From positions 8,366-72,365 of the forward strand of contig JAKPDD010000046.1 of NCBI GenBank assembly GCA_029552945.1: a stretch of DNA of 64,000 nt, written 5' to 3'. Each line of letters begins with the position of its first letter. The stretch's first letter is position 1. The notes beneath the pieces are model-generated. The model had not been told where the DNA came from, did not search any database, and worked only from the letters and a program-made list of their open reading frames with translations. Positions 8,906-19,468 of the stretch are shown here, in pieces. Position numbers and translations under genes: made by a program. This DNA comes from Spirochaetota bacterium (GTDB lineage: Bacteria > Spirochaetota > GWB1-36-13 > JAKPDD01).

Positions 8906-10073
8906 AATATTCCTTTATTTGATCATACAGAGTATCTATATTATTTTTTTCTACAAGCGAGTTTAGAGAAAACCTTATTCTTGCACTCATTTTAGGTACA
9001 GTAGGATATCGTATAGGGAGAGCATAAAATCCATTTTTATAGAGGTATTCTGATAAAATTATTGTATCCTCATTAGTTCCTATAACTAAAGGTATGATAT
9101 GGCTTTCTCCTAATACTTTTAAGCCCAGTGATGAAAGTTTTTCTCTTGTGTATTTGGCAATATAATTTAAACTCTCTCTCCTGTTATGGAACTTATGAAA
9201 AGACTTTTTTAGAATAAAATTATTCCATGAAAGAACAATAGGGGGGAGAGCTGTCGTGTATATAAATGTCCTTGTTTTGTTTATTATATAATCTATTATT
9301 ATTTTGTCTGCTACTATAAAACTCCCTATAGATGCGTAAGCTTTACCAAATGTTCCTAAGAAGATATCAATTCTATCAAATAAATTTTCTTTAAATGAGA
9401 CTCCAAGACCATTTTGTCCCATACAACCAACTGAATGTGCTTCATCTATATACAATAGGCAATTATATTTTTCTTTTAGGTATAATAATGTTTCAATATC
9501 AGCTATATCACCATCCATACTAAAAACAGATTCAGTTATTATGACTGAGTTTTTATAATTGTTCCGGTGATTTTTTAGCAATTTTTCAAGGTGGTTGTAA
9601 TCAAGGTGATTATATCTATAAAACTTAGCTCCACTTAGCTTAATACCATCTATTATACTTGCATGGCATAATTTATCAAAGAAAATTATAGTTTCATAGT
9701 CAAATAATGATGATATTAATCCAATGTTGGCATGGTAACCACTATTTAAGACTATTACATCTTTTTTATAAAACTCTTTTAGTGTTGCCTCAAGCTCTTC
9801 GTAACTTAATGAGTTTCCAGATAAGAGTCTTGAGCCTGAACTTGAAAAAAAATAGTATTCAATATTTTCATCTTTTATTTTTTTAAGGAACTCATTTAGT
9901 ATTGATTTATCAAACCCTATTCCAAGATAATCGTTTGATGAAAGATTAAGAATCTTTTTTCCAGTCTCTTTTTCAATTAAGAAATGGCCCTCATGCAACA
10001 TTGGTTTTTTTATGGTTCTGTAAATTGAATCAATTTTTAAAGAATTAAGCTTTTCAAGAAAAAACTCATACAT
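8883..10073 (-). CDS. bioF: 8-amino-7-oxononanoate synthase (PLP-dependent).
   Basis: 396 aa, with a PLP-lysine region GTFGKAYASIGSF and an alpha-oxoamine synthase fold. It lies in the bio cluster. Confidence 0.85.
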   Translation of the reverse strand: MYEFFLEKLNSLKIDSIYRTIKKPMLHEGHFLIEKETGKKILNLSSNDYLGIGFDKSILNEFLKKIKDENIEYYFFSSSGSRLLSGNSLSYEELEATLKEFYKKDVIVLNSGYHANIGLISSLFDYETIIFFDKLCHASIIDGIKLSGAKFYRYNHLDYNHLEKLLKNHRNNYKNSVIITESVFSMDGDIADIETLLYLKEKYNCLLYIDEAHSVGCMGQNGLGVSFKENLFDRIDIFLGTFGKAYASIGSFIVADKIIIDYIINKTRTFIYTTALPPIVLSWNNFILKKSFHKFHNRRESLNYIAKYTREKLSSLGLKVLGESHIIPLVIGTNEDTIILSEYLYKNGFYALPIRYPTVPKMSARIRFSLNSLVEKNNIDTLYDQIKEYYERNMAK

Positions 10074-11502
10074 TTAAGACTTTCCTTATTGTATACTCGC
10101 TGATATCTAAAATTCTATCTATATCTTTTATCGTAAAGTTAATGGGTAAAAACCAATACACAGTATTACCTAACGGCCTTAGTATTATATTATTTTTAAG
10201 ACCTTCCAAATGTATTTTAAATCCTATTCTTTCAGAAAGATCGTAATTAATATTATTTTTTCTACTTTTTACTATATCAATGGCACCAATACTACCAATA
10301 AACCTTATATCATTAACAAAGTCAAATTTTGAAAAGTTTTTTAGTCTTTTATGAAAGTGTTCAAAAGACTTTTTATTAGAGTATGGTAAATTATTTTTTA
10401 CGATATAGTCAATATGAGATTTAGCAACTGCACATGCTGCAGGGTATGCTGTGTAACTATGGCCATGGAAAAATGTTTTGTATGAAAAGTAATCACCATA
10501 AAAACTTTTATATATTTCTTCCCTTACGCCTGTTAAACCTAAAGGTAAAACACCTGAGCCTAAAGCTTTTGATAAACAGATTATATCAGGTTCGACACCT
10601 GCTTTTTTGAAAGCAAACATTTGCCCTGTTCTCCCAAATCCTGTTGCAACTTCATCAAATATTAGGAGTATATTATAAGTATTTAATAATTCTCTTAATT
10701 TTTTAAGATAGAGTGCAGGATATACTTTCATTCCTGCAGCACCCTGTAATAGTGGCTCAACAATAACTGCAGCTATCCTTCCTTTATTTTTTTCAATAGC
10801 ATCATACATGTGTTCAAAACATTCAATATTACATATATTGTCAGCATCGAATGTAAACTCATTTTTTCTATGTTTACAATTTGCACAGTCAGGTGATGCA
10901 ACCTCAAGCCCTTTGAATAATAAAGGTTTAAATATTTCCTGATATAAAGGAATACCACCAACACTCATTGATCCTATTGTATCACCATGATAAGAGTCTT
11001 TAAGATAGATAAAAAGGTCTTTTTTTTCTCCTTTATTATACCAATATTGAAAAGCTATCTTTAAGGCAACCTCTACTGATGTTGATCCATTGTCTGAAAA
11101 GAAGAATCTTGAGATTGATGAGTCTAATAGCTTTTTAAGTTTTTCTATAAGTTCTATAGCACTTATATGTGTGAAACCTGCAAATATTATATGATCAAGT
11201 TTTTTTAACTGTTTTGTTATTGATTTGATTATATTTTTATTACAGTGTCCTATTGAGCTTGTCCACCATGATGATATGGCATCATAATAAAAGTTTCCTT
11301 CTATATCATATACTTTGAGTTTTTTACCCTTTACTATTATGCTCATATTTATATTTTCATAGTCTTTAGCCTGAGTAAAAGGGTGCCATATATGATTTTT
11401 ATCAATATATCTATAATATTCTATCTTTTTAGAACTTAAATATCTGTTCAATAAGCTCTTTATCTTCTTCAACACTTCTTCCCCTTGTTGTAAGATAACC
11501 AC
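10066..11502 (-). CDS. bioA: Adenosylmethionine-8-amino-7-oxononanoate aminotransferase. GTG start as called; an internal GTG or TTG about 27-30 nt downstream is an alternative start.
   Basis: 478 aa with HIWHPF, a class III aminotransferase PLP region (DEVATGFGRTG) and a lysine motif (LSKALGSG). The called start overlaps the bioB stop by about 74 nt. Confidence 0.88.
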   Translation of the reverse strand: MVILQQGEEVLKKIKSLLNRYLSSKKIEYYRYIDKNHIWHPFTQAKDYENINMSIIVKGKKLKVYDIEGNFYYDAISSWWTSSIGHCNKNIIKSITKQLKKLDHIIFAGFTHISAIELIEKLKKLLDSSISRFFFSDNGSTSVEVALKIAFQYWYNKGEKKDLFIYLKDSYHGDTIGSMSVGGIPLYQEIFKPLLFKGLEVASPDCANCKHRKNEFTFDADNICNIECFEHMYDAIEKNKGRIAAVIVEPLLQGAAGMKVYPALYLKKLRELLNTYNILLIFDEVATGFGRTGQMFAFKKAGVEPDIICLSKALGSGVLPLGLTGVREEIYKSFYGDYFSYKTFFHGHSYTAYPAACAVAKSHIDYIVKNNLPYSNKKSFEHFHKRLKNFSKFDFVNDIRFIGSIGAIDIVKSRKNNINYDLSERIGFKIHLEGLKNNIILRPLGNTVYWFLPINFTIKDIDRILDISEYTIRKVLNV

Positions 11503-12379
11503 CTGTCAACATTCCATTTGCAGCACAAGCAAGTATAAGTCCCTGGAAGTCTTTCATTATTGTCTCTCTTCCAGCAGCAAACTTTATTACCTTATCTTTT
11601 AATATTATTCTATATGCACAGAATGTTTTTATTACATCAACAGCAGTTATGGGTTTCTGGTTCTCAAGTCTTGTACCTTTTATAGGTATAAGTACATTTA
11701 TAGGAACAATATCAACATTAAGGTCCTTAAGTAAAAATGCTAGATTAATCCTGTCCTCCATTGTTTCACCAAGCCCAATTATTGCACCTGAACATATTCT
11801 TATAGGGTATTTTCTTAAAATCTTTATAGTATTTATTCTTTCTTCTACACTATGGGTTGTTGCAATAAGTTCTTTATATTTTGGAGGATTAACCTGTAAG
11901 TTGTGATTGTATTCAACAATACCTGTTTCAACAAGCATACTTGCTGTTTCTTCGCTTAATACTCCTAGTGAACAACAGACTTCAAGGTCATTTAATCTTT
12001 CTTTTATATATCTTATTGTCTCCAGTATTTTTTCAAACTCTTTATTAGGCTTAGGATATCCATAACCACTTGTAACTATACCAAAGTGTCTAACATCATT
12101 TAGGTAAGCTTTTTCAGCCTCTTTATATATCTCTTCTTTTGGTAAAAGATTGTATGTTTTTATATCAGTTTTATGGAATGATGATTGAGCACAATAACTA
12201 CAATTCTGGTCACAGACTCCTGACTTTGAGTTTGAAATTGAACAGGTATGGAAACTATTTGCAAATTCTTTTTTTATTTTATATGATATATGGGCTAAAT
12301 AAAAAACATCATTCTTATTTATAAGTTCTATAATATAATCTTTATTAATTTTATCAGTTAAATCAAATTTAATTTCCAA
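11429..12379 (-). CDS. bioB: Biotin synthase (radical SAM).
   Basis: 316 aa with CSYCAQS (CxxxCxxC) and the YNHNLQ/GETMEDR motifs characteristic of BioB. It is the first gene of the bio operon on the minus strand. Confidence 0.9.
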   Translation of the reverse strand: MEIKFDLTDKINKDYIIELINKNDVFYLAHISYKIKKEFANSFHTCSISNSKSGVCDQNCSYCAQSSFHKTDIKTYNLLPKEEIYKEAEKAYLNDVRHFGIVTSGYGYPKPNKEFEKILETIRYIKERLNDLEVCCSLGVLSEETASMLVETGIVEYNHNLQVNPPKYKELIATTHSVEERINTIKILRKYPIRICSGAIIGLGETMEDRINLAFLLKDLNVDIVPINVLIPIKGTRLENQKPITAVDVIKTFCAYRIILKDKVIKFAAGRETIMKDFQGLILACAANGMLTGGYLTTRGRSVEEDKELIEQIFKF

Positions 12380-12416
12380 AATTTACCCTTTCATAAAAAG
12401 AGAATTGTATATATTT

Positions 12417-12459
12417 AAAATTTATACATTATTTAATTTAAAATTTATACATTATTTAA
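12417..12459. repeat. Tandem direct repeat, two 20-bp units (aaaatttatacattatttaa) separated by ttt, in the divergent bioB/rlmE promoter region.
   Basis: The sequence 12417-12436 is identical to 12440-12459. It lies 38-80 nt upstream of the bioB start codon. Confidence 0.6.
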
Positions 12460-12613
12460 CCATAAAAATATATTGTTTTGAAAAAATATATTGTGTATCT
12501 AATATTTTTTATGTTTTAGATTATGAGTATGACTTAGAATATTTAGAAATAAAAAAAATTTAAAATTATTAAATTTTAATATCCTATCTAAAAAACTATT
12601 CTTTGAGGTTAAA

Positions 12614-13198
12614 TTGCCTTATAACAGTAGTGATTTTTATTTTCAAAAAGCGAAAAAAGATGGTTATGTTGCCCGTAGTGTTTATAAACTTGAGGAAATC
12701 GATAAAAAGTATAATATAATAAAACAGGGCATGAAAGTACTTGACCTTGGTGCATCACCTGGATCATGGAGTCAGTATTGCATAAAGAAAGTTGGTAGAA
12801 AGGGTTTTGTTCTTGGTATAGATATAAAAGATGTCAAGATTAAAGCAGACAATTTTGTTTTTATAAAGAAGGGAATAGAGGAAGCTTATGAAGATATAAA
12901 AAATTATGGGCCTTTTGATATTGTTTTAAGTGATATGGCACCTAATACATCTGGTATAATAGATGTTGATGTTTATAAGTCTATAGAACTCTCGGGTTTA
13001 GCTGTTGATACTGCTTTGAAATGTATGAAAAAAAATGGTGTGTTTATAGTAAAGGTTTTTCAGGGAGAAGACTTTGATATCTTTTATAGAGAAAAGATTA
13101 AAAATTGCTTTGAAAAATATAAGTCGTTTAAACCAAAAGCTGTGAGACAGAATAGTAAAGAGATATATATTATATGTTGGGGTTTAAAAGGAGAGTAA
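12614..13198 (+). CDS. rlmE: 23S rRNA (uridine2552-2'-O)-methyltransferase RlmE/FtsJ.
   Basis: 194 aa with YVARSVYKLEEID and SAM motif VLDLGASPGSWSQY, then DIVLSDMAPNTSG. Confidence 0.9.
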   Translation: MPYNSSDFYFQKAKKDGYVARSVYKLEEIDKKYNIIKQGMKVLDLGASPGSWSQYCIKKVGRKGFVLGIDIKDVKIKADNFVFIKKGIEEAYEDIKNYGPFDIVLSDMAPNTSGIIDVDVYKSIELSGLAVDTALKCMKKNGVFIVKVFQGEDFDIFYREKIKNCFEKYKSFKPKAVRQNSKEIYIICWGLKGE

Positions 13199-13199
13199 G

Positions 13200-14093
13200 A
13201 TGGGTATTTTTAAAAGAAAACATAAGTATGAAGGACTTGAAAAGACAAAAAAGAGTTTTGGTGAAAAGATAAAAAATCTTTTTAAGTCTGATATTACTGA
13301 GGAAATTATTGAAAAGATAGAAGAAGACCTTATACTTTCTGATGTTTCTGTTGACACAACATTAAAGATAATAAAAAGGTTTAGAGAGGAAAGAAAGAAA
13401 AATAGCAGAGAACCTATTGAGATTTTTAAAAACATAATTGAAGAGATTATGCCTGATAATAATCTTAAGATAGAAAAAGGAAGACTTAATATTATATTTG
13501 TTTTTGGTGTAAATGGTGTTGGGAAAACTACAACGATAGCTAAACTTGCTAAGTTTTATAAAGACCAGGGTTTTTCTATAACACTTGCTGCTGCTGATAC
13601 ATATAGGAGTGGTGCTGTAGATCAGATAAGTGTATGGGCTGAAAGGGTGGGTGTTCATCTTGTGAAACATGAGGGTAAAAGTAAACCGTCAGCTGTAATA
13701 TTTGATGCAATAGATTCAGCTATTGCAAGAGAAAGAGACCTTTTAATAGTTGATACAGCAGGTAGATTACATAACAGAGAAAATCTTATACAGGAACTTG
13801 AAAAACTTAATAAAATACTAAAAACTAAGGCTCAGGATGCTTATAAATACAATCTTTTAGTATTGGATGCAACTACGGGACAGAATGCACTTCAACAGGC
13901 AAAGACTTTTAGTGAACATATAGGAATAGATGGTATATTTTTGTCAAAGATAGATTCAACAGCAAAGGGCGGTATAGCAATAACTATAGCTAATGAATTA
14001 AAAATACCAGTTGTATTTGTTGGAACTGGTGAAAAACTTGATGATATAGAAGATTTTGATAAAAAAGATTTTGTAGAATCAATATTTGAGTAA
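13200..14093 (+). CDS. ftsY: Signal recognition particle receptor FtsY (short form lacking an extended A domain).
   Basis: 297 aa with GTPase motifs GVNGVGKTTTIAKLA, DTAGR and TKIDSTAKGG. The start overlaps the rlmE stop. Confidence 0.9.
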   Translation: MGIFKRKHKYEGLEKTKKSFGEKIKNLFKSDITEEIIEKIEEDLILSDVSVDTTLKIIKRFREERKKNSREPIEIFKNIIEEIMPDNNLKIEKGRLNIIFVFGVNGVGKTTTIAKLAKFYKDQGFSITLAAADTYRSGAVDQISVWAERVGVHLVKHEGKSKPSAVIFDAIDSAIARERDLLIVDTAGRLHNRENLIQELEKLNKILKTKAQDAYKYNLLVLDATTGQNALQQAKTFSEHIGIDGIFLSKIDSTAKGGIAITIANELKIPVVFVGTGEKLDDIEDFDKKDFVESIFE

Positions 14094-14097
14094 ATGA

Positions 14098-14727
14098 ATG
14101 TTTTCAGAAAAGGGAATAGAAACTTTAAAAAATGGACTTAAAATATTAGGTATAGAACCTGAAGATAACACTATTGATAAGTTTAATATTTTGTTTGAGT
14201 TTTATAGTTATTGGAATAATAATATAAATCTTTCCTCGATAGAGGATGAGGATAGCTTTATAAAAAAGCATATACTTGATTCGGCTTCAGGTATAAAGTT
14301 TATAAATGGTAAAAAAGTTGCTGACCTTGGATCAGGTGCAGGCTTTCCTGGGGTTATAATTAAACTGTTAAAACCAGAAATTGAAGTATCTCTAATTGAG
14401 AGTGTTTCAAAAAAAGTAAAATACCTTAATGATCTTTCCAATATACTTAAAATTGATTTTAAGGTCTATAATCCTACAGTAGAAAAAATAAAAAATGATT
14501 TTGATATAGTTACAACAAGGGCTTTTGGTAGTCTATCTAAAATATATAAAACAGCTAAACTCTATACTAATAAAAAAATAATAGCATATAAGGGAAGGTA
14601 TAATAAAATAATTGATGAAATTAAAGAGTTAAGTGGGGTATTAAATAAAAATAAAATAAAAATAGAAAATGTTCTAGTACCTTTTACTGATTTTGAAAGA
14701 CATATTGTTATACTTGATCTTGAATAA
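14098..14727 (+). CDS. rsmG: 16S rRNA (guanine527-N7)-methyltransferase RsmG (GidB).
   Basis: 209 aa with HILDS, SAM motif VADLGSGAGFPGV and LIESVSKKVKYLN, matching RsmG. Confidence 0.85.
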   Translation: MFSEKGIETLKNGLKILGIEPEDNTIDKFNILFEFYSYWNNNINLSSIEDEDSFIKKHILDSASGIKFINGKKVADLGSGAGFPGVIIKLLKPEIEVSLIESVSKKVKYLNDLSNILKIDFKVYNPTVEKIKNDFDIVTTRAFGSLSKIYKTAKLYTNKKIIAYKGRYNKIIDEIKELSGVLNKNKIKIENVLVPFTDFERHIVILDLE

Positions 14728-14761
14728 AAGGCTACAAAGTAGCCTTTATATTTTGATTATA

Positions 14762-15178
14762 TTAGTTGAGTTCAAGGAGTCTTATCTTAAATAGAAGGTC
14801 ATGCCCTGCTAAGGGATGATTGGCATCTATTATTACTGTTGAGTTTTTAACCTCAAGTACTTTTACAGGTATTTTATTTTCACCATTTGAAATAAATAGG
14901 AACTCACCAGCCTGTATATCATCTTCAACATCTTCTCTTGGTATTTCAAAAATAAGGTCTTCTCTTGGTTCACCATAAGCATTTTCTTTTGATATTCTTA
15001 TCTCTTTTTCCTGATTTATTTCCATACCTATAACTGCGTTCTCAAACTCTTCAATAAGATACCCTTCTCCTATTACAAACTCTAATGGTTCTACTCCTTC
15101 TGAAGAATCAAATACTGTGCCGTCTTCCAACATTCCAGTATAATGGACTTTTACTCTGTCCCCTTTTTTTGCTATCAA
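14762..15178 (-). CDS. FKBP-type peptidyl-prolyl cis-trans isomerase (SlyD/FkpB-like).
   Basis: 138 aa. GDRVKVHYTGMLEDGTVFDSS...LEFVIGEG is the canonical FKBP domain. Confidence 0.85.
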   Translation of the reverse strand: MIAKKGDRVKVHYTGMLEDGTVFDSSEGVEPLEFVIGEGYLIEEFENAVIGMEINQEKEIRISKENAYGEPREDLIFEIPREDVEDDIQAGEFLFISNGENKIPVKVLEVKNSTVIIDANHPLAGHDLLFKIRLLELN

Positions 15179-15402
15179 AGGTTCCCCCTTCTTTTAATAA
15201 AGTAATGAGTTAAATATAACAAAAAAGTTTGCAAAACTGAAAGTTAATTTCTAAAAAACTTTTTCGGCTAAATCGACATTGTACACTATTAATAAAAAAT
15301 ATAAAATTTAAGGAATAAGTACAATCTTTATTAACTGGACAAAATCTTTAAAAAACTTTGAATTAAAATTTATAATTATTAAAAATTAAGATAATAATAA
15401 GA

Positions 15403-16206
15403 TCAATATAAATTGTTTATTAAAATATTTTCAACAGTGTTTGGGATATTTTTGCCTGTCCATATTCTAAATTGCTCTATTGCCTGATACAGAAGCATTT
15501 TATATCCATATACTATTTTGCAGTTTTTATTTTTTGCTTCCATTATTAATCTGGTATCTTTTGGTTTATAGACTATATCAAAAACAATAGAGTTTTCAAT
15601 GATAAATTTATTTTCTACAGGTATTTCTCCTTTCATACCTAATGGAGTAGTATTTATCATAATATCATATTCAGGTATATTATCAAGATAAGAAAAGTAA
15701 GTTTGATTTATACTATTAAGATCATCTATTAGCTCTTTAGCCTTTAATCTATCTCTACCTGCTATACATAAGGACTTGACTTTGTCTATTAAAGTAAAAG
15801 AGATAGCTCTTGCAGAACCACCATAACCTAATATTACAACTCTTTTATCCTTTAACTCTGTTATCTCTTCAATAGCTTTAATAGCACCTATACCGTCAGT
15901 ATTAAAACCTGATATTTTATCATTTTCATTAATTAATGTATTTACTGCCCCTATTTTTTTAGCGATGGGATCAATATAATCAATGTGTTTCATTATATCA
16001 ATTTTAAAAGGTATTGTTATACTTGCACCTTTTATCCCAAGTCCCCTTATAGAGTCAGCAATTATTTTTGCATCTTTTGGTTTAAAAGCAATATATATTG
16101 AATCTATTCCAAGTTTTTCAAAACCATAATTATGAATAACTGGAGAAAGTGAGTGCTCAACAGGATTGCCAAAAACAGCATAGACATTTGTTTTCCCAGT
16201 TATCAT
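15403..16206 (-). CDS. aroE: Shikimate dehydrogenase.
   Basis: 267 aa with AVFGNPVEHSLSPVIHN, a Rossmann motif VILGYGGSARA and NTTPLGM. Confidence 0.85.
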   Translation of the reverse strand: MITGKTNVYAVFGNPVEHSLSPVIHNYGFEKLGIDSIYIAFKPKDAKIIADSIRGLGIKGASITIPFKIDIMKHIDYIDPIAKKIGAVNTLINENDKISGFNTDGIGAIKAIEEITELKDKRVVILGYGGSARAISFTLIDKVKSLCIAGRDRLKAKELIDDLNSINQTYFSYLDNIPEYDIMINTTPLGMKGEIPVENKFIIENSIVFDIVYKPKDTRLIMEAKNKNCKIVYGYKMLLYQAIEQFRIWTGKNIPNTVENILINNLY

Positions 16207-16217
16207 TATATTTGACC

Positions 16218-16613
16218 TTATTTTACAACTGTGTAAAAATCTGCCTTGTATGTGTCACCGCTATAACCTGATGTTGTTTTAGTAACTTTTATGATAAGCC
16301 ATGATCTATAAATCCCGTTTTTGACAATATTTCCTCTGTTGTCTCTTCCAGCCCAGAGTATGTCAAATGGACTTGATGGAGTTCCAACACTACCAGATGC
16401 TTCATAAACAGTAGATGAATCTTCACTGTATATTTTAAGTTCCCAATCAAATGATGATACACCTGTTAAATCCAATATAGCTCTGAACTTTGTATTTTCA
16501 GTCTCAGGATGGAATGGATTTGGAAAGTTATAAAAGTTTAATATTATTCCATTATTGTCTTTAACACAGGAGATAATAATAAAAGTTATTGATAATAATA
16601 AAAGTTTTCTCAT
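16218..16613 (-). CDS. Small lipoprotein with an FlgD-Ig-like beta-sandwich domain.
   Basis: 131 aa with lipobox IIISC. PNPFHPETE...ILWAGRDNRGNIVKNGIY resembles the FlgD Ig-like/NPF-motif fold. Function unknown. Confidence 0.4.
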   Translation of the reverse strand: MRKLLLLSITFIIISCVKDNNGIILNFYNFPNPFHPETENTKFRAILDLTGVSSFDWELKIYSEDSSTVYEASGSVGTPSSPFDILWAGRDNRGNIVKNGIYRSWLIIKVTKTTSGYSGDTYKADFYTVVK

Positions 16614-16624
16614 AAATATTCTCC

Positions 16625-19468
16625 TTATTTAGTTTTACCTAAGAACTGAATGCCCATCATTGTTATATCATCTGACTGGACTATCCCACCTGTAAATAGA
16701 TTAACATCATCTATTATCATCTTAAAGAGTTCGTTTATATTATTCCCATTATATTTTACTATTGTTTCTTTCAATCTTTCAAATCCGTACTGTTCTCTGT
16801 TTAAGTTTTCAGCTTCTGTAACTCCATCAGTATATTGAATAAATATATTATTTTTTTCTAATTTAAAGCTATAGTTTTTTATTGTATTTTCAAATATTTT
16901 TCTATCAACTAAACCACATACCATTCCACCAGTTTCAAGTATTTTAATCTCTTTTTTGTCTGGTGAAAATACGATTGATGGATTATGGCCTGCTACACTA
17001 TATATTAACTCTCCACTACTATTTACAATGCCATATAATATTGTAGCATACATGTTTGATGGTGTATTCTTAAATATATAATCATTTATTACAAGTAACA
17101 TTTTTTTTGGATCTAATAGAGAACTTGCATATGTCCTGATTATTGTTCTAATCATTGACATTACAAGACATGCACCAACTCCATGTCCTGATACATCTGC
17201 AATAACAATTGCAAGATTATCTTCATCTATTTTTATAAAGTCAAAATAGTCTCCACCTGTTTCAACTTGTGCACTATAGTATGATGCAAACTTAAGTGAT
17301 TCAAAAGTTGGATACTCTTTTGGCAATAGTGTTTCCTGAATTAATCTTGCAGCATTTAATTCACTTTCCATTCTTGTCTTTTCTTTAAGGTGTTCAGCCA
17401 TTATGTTTAAGTGGTCTGCAAGTTGTCCTATCTCATCATTGCCTTTAATCAAAATTTTATAATTTAAATTTCCTTCACCTATTGCCTTAATACCTTCATT
17501 TATTTTTTTAAACCTATTTAAAAATAGAAGTGATAGTATTACACCAAGGAATATAAACCTTATTAAGAGATTTAAAAATAGGTCTATAAGTGAGTTTATT
17601 CTCTGATTAAGAGCTTCTTCTAGTTTATCCTGTGATATTCTTACTAAAAGGTATCCTATATGGTATCTGTTAAATAAAAGATTAAAAAGTTCTTCAATAC
17701 TATTATTGTTAATATTTATAAGAGATTCAGATATTAAACCTTTATTGTAATTTTCTCTAAAGTTAAGTATCAAATTATTTATCTCTTTTATTTTTTCATC
17801 AAGTTTATTTATATCATTTTCAGAAAATGTCTTGTATACTGATGGTATTGGATTTGATAATATTGACTTTATTCTTTCTTTTAAAGTATCACTAGTCTTA
17901 AATACTTTTATAAAGTCATTTATATAGATTAAAAAGAAATATGAGATCATGCTATTATAATCTTTTAGCGTAAGAGTGTTTTCAATATTTTCATCAGTTA
18001 TCTGGATGTTTCTATAAATTGCATTATTATTTAATATAAGTTCTTTAAGATATTTTATTTCCTCTTCAATTTTTTTCTTATTTTCATCAAAATTGTTACT
18101 GTTGTCTTTATAAGCTTCAAATATTTTTATTTTATAAATTGCATCCAATCCTTTAATTAATATAGACTTATTAAGGGCATAATAGTCCTGTTCTTTAACA
18201 GATACACTAAGATAATTATTAAAAAGTTTTATTGTTCTTTCAGATAGATTTTTTATATTATTATCAAAATTTTTTATTCTTGCTATTACTTTATCTACTG
18301 ACTTTAGATTAGCTTCAAGATATTCTAAAAAGTTTAACATTGATTCAATATATGTTGATAAATTTTCTTCTCTCTCAGTGAGTATATCCTTAAATGGATA
18401 TATATTTTTATTATATATTTCTTCCAACTTTTTTATTTTAATTGTTATTTTTGGTTTTATATCTTCAAAAGATGCTTTTTCTTCATTTAAAAGTTTGATC
18501 TCTTCAATAATATCATTAAGAATCTGGTTTATTATTTTTTTATCAGTTAAAATCTTTATGTTTTCAATAGCTTTTATAATATTTTTTCCACTTTTGATTC
18601 TTGTATACCAGTAGGTCTTAAAGAAGTATTGAAGTCCATTTACTGCTATTGATATTGTTTTTATATCTGATAAGGTAATAGGATAAAATGGGGGAACAAA
18701 GCCTCTTGTTTTTCTATTTAATCTTATCACAGTTTGATAATACTCTTTACTTTCACTTATTATAGAATTACCGTAAGTCGTTGGTTTTTCATCTTCGTAA
18801 AGATGTGAATAATTGTTTAAAGTAGTAAAAATATAAAAAGAGTTAAGGAAAAAATTATCAACTTTTATTTTTGTTAAAATATTTTCTTTTTGATACATTC
18901 TATAAAACTCAGAAAATAGGTTTAATCTGAAGTTTTCATTAGCACCTAGAAAATAGTATACAGGTAGAAATATCTGATATATTGATTTTTTGTTTATTGT
19001 AGTAAAGTCTTTTTGATAATCAAGTAAAGGACTTGTCTTTATATTACTCCAGAAATTTATAATATAATTGTAATGTTCTTTGCCATATTTTTTTTCTACA
19101 TCAAAAAAGTATTTTAATTTATTTTTTGGATCACTATCCACAATTATGAGAGAATTTTTATTTATGAATTTTATTGAATCAAATACTGCCAGTTTATCCT
19201 GTGAAGACTTATATAGGCTTATTATTTTGTCCTCAAGTATAGAGAGCCTGAAGTCACCCTCTTCAATTCCTAATGAAAAGTTAATTATATCCTGTTTAAG
19301 TGTATCTATCTTTATAGATATTTCTGAATCTATTCTTTCTATAAAGTCATATTTTACTGAGTTTATATAAAACGCGAAAACAAAGAAAAATGATATAAGT
19401 ATTATAACAGCAATTAATAATGATAGTTTAAGGGCAATACTAAAGCTTTTTTTTCTAATAACTTCCAT
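16625..19468 (-). CDS. Membrane sensor phosphatase: N-terminal TM, large periplasmic sensor domain, second TM, HAMP linker, and PP2C/SpoIIE-type Ser/Thr phosphatase domain.
   Basis: 947 aa. It has an N-terminal TM helix, about 600 aa of extracytoplasmic region, then a TM helix, a HAMP-like helix (KKINEGIKAIGEGNLNYKILIKGNDEIGQLADHLNIMAEHLK) and a C-terminal PP2C signature (GGDYFDF...VIADVSGHGVGA...TDGVTEA...QSDDITMM). Confidence 0.75.
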   Translation of the reverse strand: MEVIRKKSFSIALKLSLLIAVIILISFFFVFAFYINSVKYDFIERIDSEISIKIDTLKQDIINFSLGIEEGDFRLSILEDKIISLYKSSQDKLAVFDSIKFINKNSLIIVDSDPKNKLKYFFDVEKKYGKEHYNYIINFWSNIKTSPLLDYQKDFTTINKKSIYQIFLPVYYFLGANENFRLNLFSEFYRMYQKENILTKIKVDNFFLNSFYIFTTLNNYSHLYEDEKPTTYGNSIISESKEYYQTVIRLNRKTRGFVPPFYPITLSDIKTISIAVNGLQYFFKTYWYTRIKSGKNIIKAIENIKILTDKKIINQILNDIIEEIKLLNEEKASFEDIKPKITIKIKKLEEIYNKNIYPFKDILTEREENLSTYIESMLNFLEYLEANLKSVDKVIARIKNFDNNIKNLSERTIKLFNNYLSVSVKEQDYYALNKSILIKGLDAIYKIKIFEAYKDNSNNFDENKKKIEEEIKYLKELILNNNAIYRNIQITDENIENTLTLKDYNSMISYFFLIYINDFIKVFKTSDTLKERIKSILSNPIPSVYKTFSENDINKLDEKIKEINNLILNFRENYNKGLISESLININNNSIEELFNLLFNRYHIGYLLVRISQDKLEEALNQRINSLIDLFLNLLIRFIFLGVILSLLFLNRFKKINEGIKAIGEGNLNYKILIKGNDEIGQLADHLNIMAEHLKEKTRMESELNAARLIQETLLPKEYPTFESLKFASYYSAQVETGGDYFDFIKIDEDNLAIVIADVSGHGVGACLVMSMIRTIIRTYASSLLDPKKMLLVINDYIFKNTPSNMYATILYGIVNSSGELIYSVAGHNPSIVFSPDKKEIKILETGGMVCGLVDRKIFENTIKNYSFKLEKNNIFIQYTDGVTEAENLNREQYGFERLKETIVKYNGNNINELFKMIIDDVNLFTGGIVQSDDITMMGIQFLGKTK

